This document shows positions 14,061-28,491 of a DNA stretch of 64,000 bases, piece after piece. The stretch's first letter is position 1, and each line of letters begins with the position of its first letter. Under the pieces are notes generated by a model. That model did no database searches. It had not been told where the DNA came from and saw only the letters and a list, made by a program, of their open reading frames with translations. The position numbers were made by a program, and so were the translations under genes. Location: contig NC_068989.1 in NCBI RefSeq assembly GCF_001194135.2, positions 90,552,808 through 90,616,807 of the forward strand. The letters are read 5' to 3'. Source of the DNA: Octopus bimaculoides (taxonomy: Eukaryota).

Positions 14061-14475
14061 TGACTGATGTATACAGTATACATAATATAAATATCTCTTC
14101 TTGCAAATATAGAGTTGTGACTCCATATGTGTTTGATTAAAAAGTAAGCCATTGCTGTCTTGTGTCTCAAAACTCGTGTGACTGGTCACCCAGTTTCCAT
14201 CTGTTTAAGTGGCGGAGATCACGACATTTCCTCTGAACATAACACCCAGTGTATCAAAGGATCTTTCGTTTACAACTGACTGAACTGGAACCAAATGAAA
14301 TGAAGTGTTTTGCTCAAGGACACAACAGCATTGCCTGGGTCAGGAAGTGAAACCGTGATCTTAAGATCATGAATACAATGCCCTAACCAACAGGCATGTA
14401 CCTTCACATGTGTTTAATATCCACATGTATTTTGTACTACTATAATTTAACTACTATAACAACCACTGTTATAAC

Positions 14476-14963
14476 CAGGGCTGTGGAGTCAAAGCAAAAA
14501 ACTTTGACTCTGACTCCTCTACTATTGGTGACTCCGACTCCTCTTTATGTAATTAAGTGATTGTGGTCCACATATTTCATGAAGCTTATGCACATGCTTG
14601 TACTTTGAGCAGGCCTATTTGTTACGACTGGTTTATATTAAAGAATATATTGTGAGTCCGTATAGTTTTACCGATTCCTTGTCTCCACAACTCTCTGACT
14701 CTCCAACACGGTGACTCTGATTCCACAACTCTCCGACTCAGCAACTCTCCGGCTCGGAGACTCTCCGGCTCGGAGACTCTCCGGCTCGGGGACTCTCCGA
14801 CTCGGGGACTCTCCGACTCGGGGACTCTCCGACTCGGGGACTCTCCGACCTAGCGACCCGACGACTCCCTGACTTGGCGACTCCCCGACCCTCTGACCTG
14901 GCGGCCCTCTGACTCGGCAACTGTCCAACTCCATGACTCTCCACCTCCGACTCCATAGCCCTC
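14476..14963. mobile_element. Non-autonomous hAT-like MITE with internal 16-bp tandem array
   Basis: TIR CAGGGCTGTGGAGTC...GACTCCATAGCCCTC; 8-bp TSD GTTATAAC (14468-14475) / ATTATAAC (14964-14971). Confidence 0.8.
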
Positions 14964-15673
14964 ATTATAACTATCATTTGCTAACTTGTTATGTAGCTGT
15001 GTATTTATATGTGATGAGTGGATGCAGATTTATTGCTGTTTGGTTTCTGTCCAACTGGTTTTATGTCTCTTACATAATTTGTATCTTCATTAGTATAAAT
15101 GGCGTGGTGTTGAAGAGAACTGGGCTTACATTTAATGGACTTCACAGGATAGCTGTGTGGTTAAGAGATTTGCTTACCAATCACATGATTTCTGGTTCAT
15201 TCCCACTTCGTGGCATCTTGGGCAAGTGTTTTTATAGCCCTGCACTGACCAAGTCCTTGTGAATGGATTTGGTAGATGGAAACAGAAGCCCATCGTACAT
15301 ATATATCTATGTACGTATCTGTGTCTGTTCGTTCCCCATCACCGCTTGACAACCAGTGTTGGTATGTTTACATCCCCATGACTTAGTGGTTTGAGGAAAG
15401 ATACTGGCAAAATAAGTATGAGGCTTTAAAAAGAAAAAAAAGTTCTGAGGCCAATTTATTTGACTAAAAAAATTCTTCAAGATGGTGCTCTACCATGGCC
15501 ACAGCCTAACGGCTGAAAAAAGTAGAAGGTAAATAGATAAAACGCTTGGACTTAACTAATTTGGGTAGATTATGAGATGCCAGTGTGAACGTTGAAGTAA
15601 CCAAGTAAACAAACAGGGTAAAAAAAGCAGCACTTAATTTCTTGGTGGTTGGATAAACTGAATAAGCAGGCTG

Positions 15674-15705
<32 letters not shown>

Positions 15706-17349
15706 GTACTATCATGCAGTGCACAGAATCAAGATAAAACAAAGATCTTTATAAAACCTTTGACCTTTGGAATTTTGTTGTCGTTACTGATCTTCTTAAT
15801 TAATGTTGTGACCTACTAATGAAAAAAAAAAAAACCCTGGGAATTAAGATTGTTGTTGTTGTTGTTATAAATGTGATTACTTCATTCATTGTCACCTCCC
15901 CCTCCATTACTCCCATTGCTGGCATCATCATCATCACCATCATTCCTAATAGCTTGTATGATGGGATGGTGGGAGAAAAAAAAAAAAAGATTAATCGGTT
16001 GAAAGTTAGCGTTTCTGCTGTTGCGGCTGTTTCTTCAGGAGTTATAAGTGAGATACAAGCTTTTAGAAATAATAATAATAATAATTTTACTATAGGCTCA
16101 AGGCCTGAAATTTAGGGTGGGGGATAGTTGCTTAGATCAACCCCAGTACTAAACTGGTATTTGTTTCATCAACCCTGAAAGATGAAAAACAAAGTTGACC
16201 TCAGTGGAATTTGAACTTGGAATGTAAAGCTGAATGAAATGCTGTGAAACATTTTGCCCAATGTGCTAAGGGTTCTGCCAGTTTGCCACCTTAATATTAT
16301 TAATAACAATCCTTTCTATTGAAAGCACAGGGCTTCAAATTTGGGGGAAGGGATCAAGTCAATTACATTGACCCCAGTGTGTAACTGGTACTTATTTAAT
16401 CGACCACGAAAGGATGAAAGGTAAAGTTAACCTTGGTGCAATTTGAACTCAGAACGTAGCGATGGGCAAAATACCGCTAAGAGTTTCGTCCAGCGTGCTA
16501 ACGATTCTGCCAGCTCGTTGCCTTAATAGTGATGATAATAATAATAAAGATAATAATGATAATAATTTCTTTATTAAGTACTAGGGTCTTACAATGAGAT
16601 TGGGGAGATTACAATAGAATGTAGGATTATACGAAAGTGTGTGAACAGGAAAATAACAGTAATAATAAATTTGAACAATGAATAATTCCCCAAAAGAGGG
16701 AGAATTCCATGGGCCCCTCTGGGGGAAACCTCACAAAACCATGGTTATAATAATATTAAGGGGGTACAAATGACCATGGAATGCATCTAGAAAGTTCCCC
16801 TCTAATGTACAAGTCCGGGCAAGGTTGTTTATGGAAGATCAGTTTGCCATGTATACCAGCCTCCCCTCTACACACCACTGAGTGGGGACATCAGGCTTCG
16901 ATGGTGCTTTTTATGTGCCACTAATAAATAGTAGACCGACACAGTCAGTGATGTCAGTCAGCGGGCTACGCTGTTCGGGCCAGCCCCGCAGAGATGACGA
17001 AATACGTTGTGAAAATAAGGGGACATAACAAGTTTCCATTCTGCAGATCCACTTACAAGAGAATGGTTATCCTGGAACTGTAGGAGAAGACATCTGCCCA
17101 TGGTGTGCTGTGCAGTGGGATTGAACTTGAAACCATGCAGTTGGGAAGCAAGCTCCTTAGCCACACAAGAAGCGTGTCTATACCTATAGCCACAATCATT
17201 CAATTTAAAAACAACAAAAAAAAAAAAGTTTTATTAATCTCTTTAATTAGGCAGCAACATAATTATACCCTCTTGTGTGCACACACACGTGTACACACAC
17301 ACGTGTACACACACTTGCAACTGTCCTGTATACACGCATCCATGTATAT

Positions 17350-17383
<34 letters not shown>

Positions 17384-17544
17384 ATGCAGTTCTGACACTT
17401 TTGTTGTGTTTGCTCCTGTTAGTTTTATTGCTTGGTGATGTTGGTAGTTATTGGGTGCACTTCAAATTCTCTTTTATTCAGATTAGCTTCATTAGGAGGA
17501 GCAGGTTCAAATCCTGTGGCTATCTACTGGCAACGTTTTTTCAT

Positions 17545-17701
17545 AGGCGTGGCTCTGTAGTAAATAGTTTGCTTACCAACCACATGGTTCCAGGTTCACT
17601 CTCACTGCGTGGCACCTTGGGCAAGTGTCTTTTACTATAGCCTCGGGCCGACCAAAGCCTTGTGAGTGGATTTGGTAGATGGAAACTGAAAGAAGCCCAT
17701 C

Positions 17702-17786
<85 letters not shown>

Positions 17787-17985
17787 TGTGTCTGTTTGTC
17801 CCCCTATCACTTCTTGGCATCTGCTGTTGGTGTGTTTATGTCCCCGTAACTTAGCAGTTCGGCAAAAGAGACCAATATACTAAGTACTAGGTTTACAAAG
17901 AATAAGTCCTGGGGTTGATTTGTTTGACTAAAAAGGCAGTGCTCCAGCATGGCCACAGTCAAATGTCTGAAACAGATAAAAGAAT
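17545..17985 (+). mobile_element. tRNA-derived SINE family A with internal (TG)n/(TA)n; well-preserved copy
   Basis: A-box-like GTGGCT.TGT.GT, B-box-like GGTTCA.TC.CAC, body GGCACCTTGGGCAAGTGTC...GGAAACTGAAAGAAGCCC, microsatellite, tail GGTGCTCCAGCATGGCC.CAGTC...GAAACA. Confidence 0.85.
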
Positions 17986-19572
17986 ATCTTTCCATTTTTT
18001 GTTCAAAACAAAATAGGGTTTGATTTTAAGTGTTGGCTGCTTTTCCTAGCAGATTGAGTGACCCCATAGTTGCCCCTTCATTGGCTCACGATGCCAGCAG
18101 CTGTATTAATACCACAGATGATGTTGATGGTATTTGGTGGTCGTTGGTTAGGGTGCTGGTTGGAGGTTTACTGGTTACGCTTAGTTTCGTCTGTTGGTTT
18201 TAATATTTTGCCGTCGGGATGTCAAATCATCAGATTTATAAACAAGCCTTTTGTTTTATTATCGACTCACAAACCTCTCTCGGCTTAACAAGAACCTTCA
18301 AGAACAGGCAGGTAGCTCCGTTAGTTCATTTGTCGTTTGATTAAGTTCGTTAGTTTTACAGCTGGTAATTTTTGCTAATACTTCACACACACATACACTC
18401 CTCCCTCTCTCTCTCCCCCTCTCTCTCACACACACTTGTATACATCCTTATTGCTTGGTTGGGGGGTGAAGTCATTAGAATTATAAAGTATTATTTCCCA
18501 TTCTGGATGTGTGTGTGTGTGCATGTGTGTTTTTATATTTGTAGTGATCTATTTTATGTGTGCGTGTATATGTGAGTGTTTTTTGTGTAAGAGCTTGTGT
18601 GTATGTATGTGTGCAGTTGTGCATGTGTATGTGTATATATATATATATATATATACATATGATGGACTCTCCCGTTGTTAGACCGACGTATGAGGGTTCG
18701 ACAATTTCATACCAAACAGTCACACCAGTGATTTTTGTTTATAGTGATCAAATGTTTGTGTAGACATAAGCTCACTCCCCCCATCAGATCGACATCACCT
18801 GTACAGGTGCAACTGGGTGCCACATGTCAGATGTCGAAATGATCACAGAGCAACGTGAAATGAAGTGCTTTGCTCAAGGACACAACACAATGCCCGGTCT
18901 GGGAATTGAACCCATGAACTCACAGTGTTGTGGTCTTGAGCAAGACACTTTATTTCACGTTGCTCCAATTGACTCAGCTGTAGAAATGAGTTGCAATGTC
19001 ACTGGTGCCAAGCTGTATCGGCCCCTTTGGCTTTCCCTTGGACAATATGGGTGGTGTGGAGAGGGGTGGCTGGTATGTATGGGTCTTCCATAACCAACCT
19101 TGCCCAGACTTGTCCCTTGGAGCGGAACGTTTTAGGTGCAATCGCATGGTCATTCATGACCGACGGAGGTCTTTATATATAAAGCTTTATCTAGTTCTGT
19201 CCAACTCAATGACCTGTTCCCATTGTTATTAACCCTGGTGATATTTGTTCTCTTTTGTGATGGAATGTTTAAGTGTGATGCTGTTCTTCCTTCCACTTCA
19301 TAAAATAAACGATGATACAGATTATTTATTTACTTCTTTGCCACAAAGCTAACACAAATACAAGGCATTAAGAATTCACCAGCAAAGATGAGATACTTTG
19401 AGGAAATGTACCAAAATTCCACATTTGGGCAAAAAGGAACAATGCAATACATATAACCTCATATAAATATGTCTGTCCATTGGTTTACCTGTCCATCTAT
19501 ATATCTGTCCATATATCTATCTGTCTGTCTGTCATTCTACCTTGCTATCTGTCCATCTCCATCCATCTATTT

Positions 19573-19679
<107 letters not shown>

Positions 19680-19680
19680 C

Positions 19681-19719
<39 letters not shown>

Positions 19720-20477
19720 GCCTCTCTCTCTCTGTCACCAAAAGTCATAATAAAATGTCCATATAAATATTTGTATCCATTTATCTACATACATAAAGGT
19801 GGTGCTCCAGCATGGCCGCAGTCAAATGACAAACAAGTAAAAGCATAGAATCATAAAAGCATACCTGTGTGTATATGTATGCACACACACACACACACAT
19901 TCGCGTATGCATTTATCTTAGTGTAGGGGGGTTGGGTTCTGTCTCTTCCTGTAATACCTTCAGCTTTGTCTTTTATTCCCCAGAATGCTCTTATCACCCC
20001 CTCCCCCACTCCTTCCCTATTTAGCAACGAAAATGACAAAAACAATAACGACAATATTAATAACAATATTTCTCTTCTACACCCAGCAAAAAAGAAAAAC
20101 AAAAAGAAAACAAAAAAAAAAAAGAAAGAAAATAATGAATGTTTGAATTAGAAAGCCATAACAATAACATAACCAAACCAGCATTGACCAGAAGTCTTTG
20201 AATGGAATAAATAAATAAATAAATAAGACCAAATGTTTGACAAGCTTTAGAATACGTAGCACCAACTGGAAACAAAAGCTAAAATACACTCCATGCCTTT
20301 TCCAGTATGTCCAGATGTATGTATTATGTATGTATATACAAGAGTTTCTTTACCAACCTGTTGGTCATTTGTGATATATTTATATATATTTATATATATA
20401 TCATGTACATACATACAGAACAATCAAGAAAACAAGCAAACATCAATGAATCAATATACCTTTTGGTCTTATAAACC

Positions 20478-20512
<35 letters not shown>

Positions 20513-20519
20513 ATGATGA

Positions 20520-20905
20520 TGATGATCATCATCATCGTTTAACGTCCGCTTTCCATGCTAGCATGGATTGGACGATTTGACTGAGGACTGGCGAACCAGA
20601 TGGCTACACCAGGCTCCAATCTGATTTGGCAGAGTTTCTACAGCTGGATACCCTTCCTAACACCAACCACTCCGAGAGTAGTGGGTGCTTTTACGTGCCA
20701 CCGGCACGAAGGCCAGTCAGGTGGTACTGGCAATGGCCATGCTCAAAATGGTGTATTTTACGTGCCACTTGCACAGGAGCCAATCCAGTGGCACTGGCAA
20801 TGATCTCGCTCGAATGTGAGGCCCAATTTTCGAAGGTTGTGCCTCACCACCTCATCCCAGGTCTTCCTGGGCTTACCTCTTCCACAGGTACCCTCAACTG
20901 CTAGG
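20520..20905 (-). mobile_element. RTE 3' end: ORF piece fused to ~60-bp-repeat 3' UTR and (GAT)n tail
   Basis: 20812-20905 encodes VEGTCGRGKPRKTWDEVVRHNLRKLGLT. It is followed on the minus strand by ~60-bp units and GGTTGG..TTAGGAAGGG...CGTTAAACGATGATGATG. Confidence 0.8.
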
Positions 20906-21578
20906 GTGTGGATATATATATATATATATAAACTTTTCAAAAGATTTTATCAGTGGCCAGCATATTAAAAAATACCTTTTAAGGTGAAAATTATAAACAA
21001 CTTATTTATAAGGGCAAAAGAAAAAAATTTCTATGCTAAATATGTCGAGAATAGACTTTGAATTGTCAATAACCACATAATTTATTCATCACTATAAGCA
21101 CATCAATTAATTATATTTGGTTATTGATGATTTAAAGTCTATTCTCGGCATATTTGGCATAGAAATCTTTTCTTTTGCCCTTATATATATGTATATATAT
21201 GTATGTATGTATATGTATGCATATATATGTATATATATATATATATGTATATACATGTATGTATGTATATGTTTGCATATATATGTATATATATGTATAT
21301 ATATATATATGTATGTATATATGTATGTATATGTATATATATGTATATATTTAATGTACTTGTGTTTTAGGTTGTTACTTGTGGAATGGTTACATTGTAT
21401 TGTTTATATAAGTAATGTGCAGGTGTGGTTATATGGTAAGGAGTTTGCTTCCCAACCTCATGGATCTGGGTTCAGTCCCACTGTGGTATCTTGGTGAAAT
21501 GTCATGTATTATAGTCTTGGGCTGACCAAGGCCTTGAGAGTAGATTTGGTAGACCGAAACTCAAAGAAGCCTGTCATA

Positions 21579-21614
<36 letters not shown>

Positions 21615-23108
21615 CTACCTACTACATATGTTGAAAAATCAGTGCGTTTGTTTGTGGCGTTGTTAGCTAACTCCCCCTACATCGCTTTATTGATTTTGAT
21701 GACACTTGATACATGAGTAGAACTCATGTCTGGAAACCTCATGACACATTAGATTGTTGAAAAAATCGATAATACGTCCCCTTGGAGGGACCTTTATATC
21801 TACCTCTTATAACTATTTTTTTAAAACACCCAAGGGAAATAACCCATAGCATCAGTACAGTATGTATAACTGCTGTCATTCACAGAAAAAACTATTGTTT
21901 TACTGTGAGAAAAGTGTAACTGAAAATGCAGAATTATCGTAGTAACGGGCATTCAAAAAAGTATGTATGTATAGAAATGTATGAATGAAATCTTTAATGT
22001 TTAAGATTCAAATTAAGGAAATGCAATAATAATGTTTAGCAGTTCAAAACTGTGAGTAGTGAAATGTAGAATTAGGTCGGCTGATCTCGAAGGAGACACA
22101 AAACACACACTCTTACATCCATACATACATACACTCTTACATCCATACACACACACACACACACACGTGCGCGCGTGATGGGCTTCTTTCAGGTTTTATC
22201 CACCAATCCACTTGCAAAGCTTTGGTCGGCCTGGGGTTATAGCAGATACTTACCCTGGGTGTCATACAGTGGGACTGAACCCAGAACCATCTGATTGGGA
22301 AGCTAACTTCTTACTACACAGCTGAAATTACACACACACACACACACATGTATATATATTTTTGTGTATATATTGTATGAGAGAGTAGCAGGAAGCATGG
22401 TGTTGGTATTTCATTTATTTCCTATCCACAATCGATTCAGCGATTGATAATCAAGTTCGATTAATAATCGCAACTAATGAAATATGTTTGATGAGATTGA
22501 TCAAGGACTGCTTCATCAGACAGAAAGCTGGGGCTCACCGCCATATACACCCATCTTTGCTCTATTTCTTGCTTGGCTTCCATACTCTGCTGGATATTGG
22601 ATATATTACAAAATCACTGTTTATGATATATATACATCTCTATGGGCATGCATGCGCGCACACACACGCACACACACGCACACGCACACACACACACACA
22701 AACACAAACACAAACACATACACACACACACACTTTTTTTGAGAGTGATATGATGCTTGAACAACTTCCTCAAAACAAGTTGTATGGGAAGTGTTTTAAA
22801 ATATAACCTGATTGACATATATGTGTGTGTGTGTGTGTGTGTGTACATGTATTTGTATATATGAATGTGTGTATATATGTGCATATATACAAACGTATAT
22901 GTTTGTGTGTGTGTGTATATGTATATATATATATATATGGTGGTTGTCTCCTCCTTATGCAGTTTCTGACCACCTCCTGTACCTACACCTTAGCACCATC
23001 ATGGCATCTGATGTGGCTTGTTAAACCAGACAAGGTTTTTAAAAGACACCTACATAGATTGCATATCCGATCTGGACCACACATATACACACACATGAGA
23101 GCTTATGG

Positions 23109-23195
<87 letters not shown>

Positions 23196-24204
23196 GAGGG
23201 TGTGTAATATGTCAATATACCTGTTTGAGCTTGGCTAAAATAGTTATTTGATGTTTCCATATATCTATGGAGATACTTTGTGTGTGTGTAGGCGGAGTAT
23301 ATTGTATTGTTTTATGTTGGTTTGTCTATCGTATGTATATTTCCGTTCAGTCGTAGTTGTAGTAGTAGTAGTAATAATAGCCGAAGCAGTCGTTGCTTAG
23401 CCCCAGGTGAATCCAGACGGAATACACCTGTGATCAAATGTGTCGCAGCTATGCACACCTTGTCGTTTCTCTCAGGCATTGCAATTCAGAGATTTTCCTA
23501 CCATGTGGCTGTGTGGTTAAGAAGCTGGCTCGGTAACGACATGGTTCTGAGTTCAGTCCCACTGTGCAATTGTCTTCTACTGTATTCCTGAGCTGACCAA
23601 TACCTTGTGAGTGATTTTGGTAGGTGGAAACTGTGTGAAAGCCCATATATGTGTGTTTGTTTTGTCAAGAAGCTTCATTTTCAATCACAGGTTCCGTCTC
23701 ACTTCATGGTTCATTGGACAAGTGTCTCCTGTTATAGCCCCAAGCTAACTACTGCCTTGTAAGTGGATTTGAAGTGCAGAAGCTTGTCATGTATGTGTGT
23801 GTGTGTGTACTCTATCTTTCCATTTTTGAGTCAGCAAATTGTGTGATTTGAAGAGAATTTGACTGCTTTTTCTAGCAAATCAAACAGCCATGTAAAAGTC
23901 CTGTCTTTGTCTCCAGGAGTTTCTACATTGGTTCTGTGTGTGTGTATGTGTGTGTGTTTGTAATTAAAGCTCCTCTTGCTATCTTGCTAATTTTCTAATT
24001 TTACCTGACCGATTCTGTGTTGTCATAGCAACATGACAACATGAAAGGAGAATGAAACAGTTGAAACCTGCTTCTTTTATGCCATGTTGTGTTTTATGTC
24101 CTGCGTTTTGTGAGCAAAAGCTGTTTCGGTTTCTAACAGCATGAGTGTAACCAAACACACACACACACACACTCACACACACACACAGCATGCTGTTGGT
24201 TATG

Positions 24205-24500
24205 GCAACGAGTGTTCCGTTTGATCTCAGCAATGGAACAGCTTGTTTGTGAAATTAACGTGCAAATGGCTGAGCACTCCACAGACACACATACTCTTCA
24301 CGTCGTTCTCAGGGAGATTCAGTATGACACAGAGTGTGACAAGGCTGGCCCCTTTTGAATTACCGGTACCACTCATTCTTGCCAGCTGAGTAGGACTGGA
24401 GCAACGTGAAATAAAGGGCCTTGCTCAAGAACACAACGTGCCGCTGGGATTTGAACTCAGAACTTTACAGTCGTGAGCCAAAAGCCCTAACCATTAAGCC
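24205..24500 (-). mobile_element. tRNA-derived SINE family F; others at ~14220-14400, 18770-19190, 61400-61600
   Basis: Reverse complement gives GTGGCTTAATGGTTAGGGC...GAGTTCAAATCCC...GTTGTGTTCTTGAGCAAGGC..TTTATTTCACGTTGCTCCAGTC. Confidence 0.7.
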
Positions 24501-25800
24501 ACATACACACTCACACTCAAAGTGTTTTGGTCTGTCTTTTGAGCGATGTGTCTTTGATCAAAACTGCCCTGTGGTATTTATTGTGTCAGTGAATAAATCG
24601 GCAGAGTTACAGTGTCAGGCAAAAGCTCTTGTGATATTTCTTTTGGTTCTCTGCGTTCTGAGTTCTAATCTTACCAAAGTCAACTTTGTCTTTCATCCCA
24701 CCCTGCCGTGGTCCCAATATGTACATGCTATTATTTATAGCTTTATGTGCTTCGAGATCTGCTGTTCATAAAAAGAATTATTCCATGTTCTCTTGAAAGT
24801 TCAGTAAATTTTATGATGTCAGCTAATATATAGATATATATATGTGCGTGTGTATATTTGTAAACAAACCCGAAGGCTGTAAATTACGGAGAAGAGTGAC
24901 ACACATAGGTCCTTTTTAATAAAATTATTTATAACTATAATTATGTATTACATGCTTCATTGAAAATTACTGAACCTAAACAATTAATCATATATAAATA
25001 ATATTATAGTTATTTTATATATANNNNNNNNNNNNNNNNNNNNNNNNNNNNNNNNNNNNNNNNNNNNNNNNNNNNNNNNTATATATATATATATATATAT
25101 ATATATGCATATATATATGCCACAGAACTTCCCCAAACTAGACACCAATAATTGTTAGCATGCCAGGCGAAATGCTTAGCAATATTTTGTCTGCTGTTAT
25201 GTTCTGAGTTCAAATTCCACCGAGGTTGATTTTGCCTTCCATCCTTTTGGGGGTTGATTAAATAAGTACCAGTTATGCACTCGGGTTGATGTAATTGACT
25301 TATTTTCTTTGTCTGTCCTTGTTTGTCCTCTCTATGTTTAGCCCCTTGTGGGCAATAAAGAAATAAATATCACCACCATCATTACCACCACCATCATCAC
25401 CACCACCATTATCATCACCACCATCACCACCATCATCATCATCATCAACATCAATCAAAAACTATATAATGAAACCAAAATTGAAGCAAACAAAAAATGC
25501 AAAGCATGTTCATACTTGAATATGAAAAAAAAAAATTGGAAATGAATTTGGTGGGGATGGGGAGGGTGGGGGCTATTAATGAATGAAAGATCCACGATGG
25601 GGGGGGAGTAGGGAGTGATAGGGGAAGCCCCCCACTCCCTTCACCTCTGCTTATCTGAAGGAATGATGCTGGTGCTGGTGCTGGTTGTATGTATAGTGTA
25701 GTCTTGGTGATGTTGCTGTTTAAGGTACTTTTGTGACAGTGTCTACCTGGGGGTAATGTACTGAAAACAAACTGTTTTTGTAGCACATGCTGGCCCCTTA

Positions 25801-25839
<39 letters not shown>

Positions 25840-27254
25840 TCAGAATCTGTGTGTGTGCAAGTGTGTACTTGAGCATTGGTGTTTGGCTGTAGGACTGAAT
25901 GTGTGTAGGTGTTGTGTGTGTGTGTGTGTGTCCATATGTATAGAACTGTGTGTATGTATGACTTTTTGTGTGTGTTTGAATTTGTAAGCATATGTATATA
26001 CATATCTCTTTCCTTCTCTCTCTGTCTCTATGTGTGTGTGTGTGTGTTTGTGTTTCTACAAGTCAAACTGTTAAATTGTGATTGTGTATATCCACACACA
26101 CACACACACACACGTTTCATTCCCAAAGTGTAGGTCAACCTGAAGTTATAGAAGACTAGATGTGAGTTTCATAAACTACAAAATATAAGCATCCTCACTA
26201 CCACACCTGAAACGTATCTGTTATAACTGTTTATCTTGATTTGAATGTATGGTGAAGGTATTTAGAATGTCCAAACTTATTTCTGCAAATGTGCGAAGCA
26301 CTGATGCTGATCATAGTTCAATCAATAAGCGTAGGAGCGAGGTAAATGCAGCATAAATAGGTGGTGTCAGTGAGGCCCCCATTTAAGCGGCCCCTTCAGA
26401 AATTAAACCTCCTTATGATACTCTCTGGGAGTTCATTGTATGACATTCATTGTCATTGCTCTGATTTGGTCACCAATGCCATGTATTTAGTTTAAAATGC
26501 CACCGGCATAGGAACCAGTCAGGCGGCACTGGTAACAACCACGCTTGAATGGTGCTTTTTACATGCCACTGGCATGGGTACCAGTCAACCAGCACTGGCA
26601 TCGACCATGCTTGAATGGTGCTTTTTATGTTCCACCAGCACGGGAGCTAGTCAGGTGGCACTGCATATATAGTGCAAAAACACTGTTGTTAGCCATCACA
26701 GCAGATTATGATGGCTAATAAAATAGAAATAAGATTTTAAAATTTCTTATTTCTGTTACTTGCATGATTTGGGAGTGCCATCTCAGAGTGTCTGGCCATG
26801 TTGCTTGATTTCTTGAGTTAGACCCTGCTTACCATGTCCTTTTTATTGAGGATTATGGTTTGAAGGCATGTAAATAAAATTGTTTTTACCTCGATTTGCA
26901 ATCAGGTACCACCAGCCGATTGATCAATTCTTCACCCATGTTGTCACGACCTCTCTATCTCCACAACTCATGTCTGTCCCTGCTAGCGTCCCCAGGAAAA
27001 AGCAAAATGCAGGGAAAAACTCGTCACTTCCAGTCTTCCTTCCACCACATGCTTCCCTGATCTAAAGATCACCACTACCCTGTTCTGTCTCGTAATCATC
27101 CATCCACCTGGTGAGGACGATGTTCCCTTAGAGATTTCTGTAGGGTCCCGGGGCCACCTTCCTCCTCCCCTTCATCATTGGAAGAGCTAACCACCCTTCG
27201 AATATCCAGGATGTGACACGGCATTCCATCCACTTATACATTATTCAGAATACT

Positions 27255-27587
27255 GATTGCATATCTCCAAAACCAAAAGTCTTGGTCTCCTGTCATTGCC
27301 TCTGTGAGGCCCAACATTCGAAGGTCATGATTCACCACCTCATTCCATGTCTTCCTGGGTCTACCTCTTCCACAGGTTCCTTCCACAGTTAGCGTGTGGC
27401 ACTTCCGCACACAGCTGTCCTCATCCATACAAAATTTGTGACCATACCAGCGCAGTCGTCTCTCTTGCAGCCCACATTCGATGCTTCTTATGTCCAACTT
27501 TTCTCCCAGGGCACTCACACTTTGTGTGTATGCACACTGACATTACACATCCAGTGGATCATACCAGCTTCATTTCTTTCAAACCTA
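27255..27587 (-). mobile_element. RTE LINE ORF C-terminal fragment
   Basis: RFERNEAGMIHWMCNV...LQERRLRWYGH...VEGTCGRGRPRKTW.EVV..DLRMLGLTEAMT, the standard RTE C-terminus. Confidence 0.88.
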
Positions 27588-27812
27588 GGCATCTTTAAAG
27601 AAATTCTTTTGGCAATACGATGGTCATCTCAAGACTATTCTGGTTTCTTAAAATAAAAAAATATGTTTCCAGTCAATTGCCATTTTTCTCCGTTTTTTTC
27701 TTACGTTTTTAGTTTTGTTTTCCAATAATTGTTTTTTTCTTTTACTCTTAATTTTTTTTTTGTTAAATTTTAATTTCCAAAACTAATTTCTTTTTTTTCT
27801 TTTTTCTTTCAG

Positions 27813-27980
27813 CTTCAAAGTTTGAAGGATGAATATGAAAGGCAAATGGAAGATTTGAAACAAGAATTCTATAACGAACGGATTAAACATGTTAGAAGCA
27901 ATACTAGTGAGAGTCAGACCAGTGGCAGCAGCGAGATGGACGAGGGATCGAATGGAGCTGTTGACAATAAACAGGAGCAA
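27813..27980 (+). CDS. Internal coding exon A of a long coiled-coil protein gene (pericentrin/AKAP9-like)
   Basis: Long pyrimidine tract ending ttctttcag, then 168 nt open (LQSLKDEYERQMEDLKQEFYNERIKHVRSN...DNKQEQ) and donor CAA|gtgagt. Phase 0/0; splices in frame to 34482. Confidence 0.85.
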
Positions 27981-28491
27981 GTGAGTTTTGCATTTCTGGT
28001 TCTCATAGGATTTTATTGGTACATATACTCTTCACCTTTCACTTGTTTCAGTCATTGGACTGTGGCCAAGCTGGGGCCCCAGCTCAAAGGGTTTTGAGTC
28101 AAAGAAATTGACCTCAGTAATTATATCTTTTTTTTAAAGTTGTGGGTTTCTTGTACCAAAATCACTGAGTTTTATGGAGACATAAACAAACCAACACCGT
28201 TTGTTATGCAGGAAGCAATACACACTCACACACACACACACACACAGACACACGACAGGCTTCAACACAGTTTCCATCTACCGAATTCACTCACATTTTG
28301 TTTAGTTGTTTATTACCAGAATAATAAGTCATTAAGTGCAGGGAAATATCCTGCCTCTGTGTTCTTAGAGTTATGCCAAGTCATTGTTCCTGGAATTGAT
28401 ACATTTCTTTATATTGATCCTGGGATGATGTGTAACTGCCATTGGGTCATCCAGGTGTACAATTATTAATAATGGGACACTGGGCCTATCG

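Noticed and set aside
14668-14977. Repetitive ESPSRR ORFs
   Set aside because: Translation of the 16-bp array inside the hAT MITE.
22480-22525. Minus-strand CTGATGAA as another hammerhead
   Set aside because: No stem II pairing and no GAAA in register.
26266-26341. Open segment MSKLISANVRST...RRSE|gtaaat as an exon or L1 endonuclease start
   Set aside because: No pyrimidine tract at the acceptor; the resemblance to the L1 NVRG motif is too short to call.
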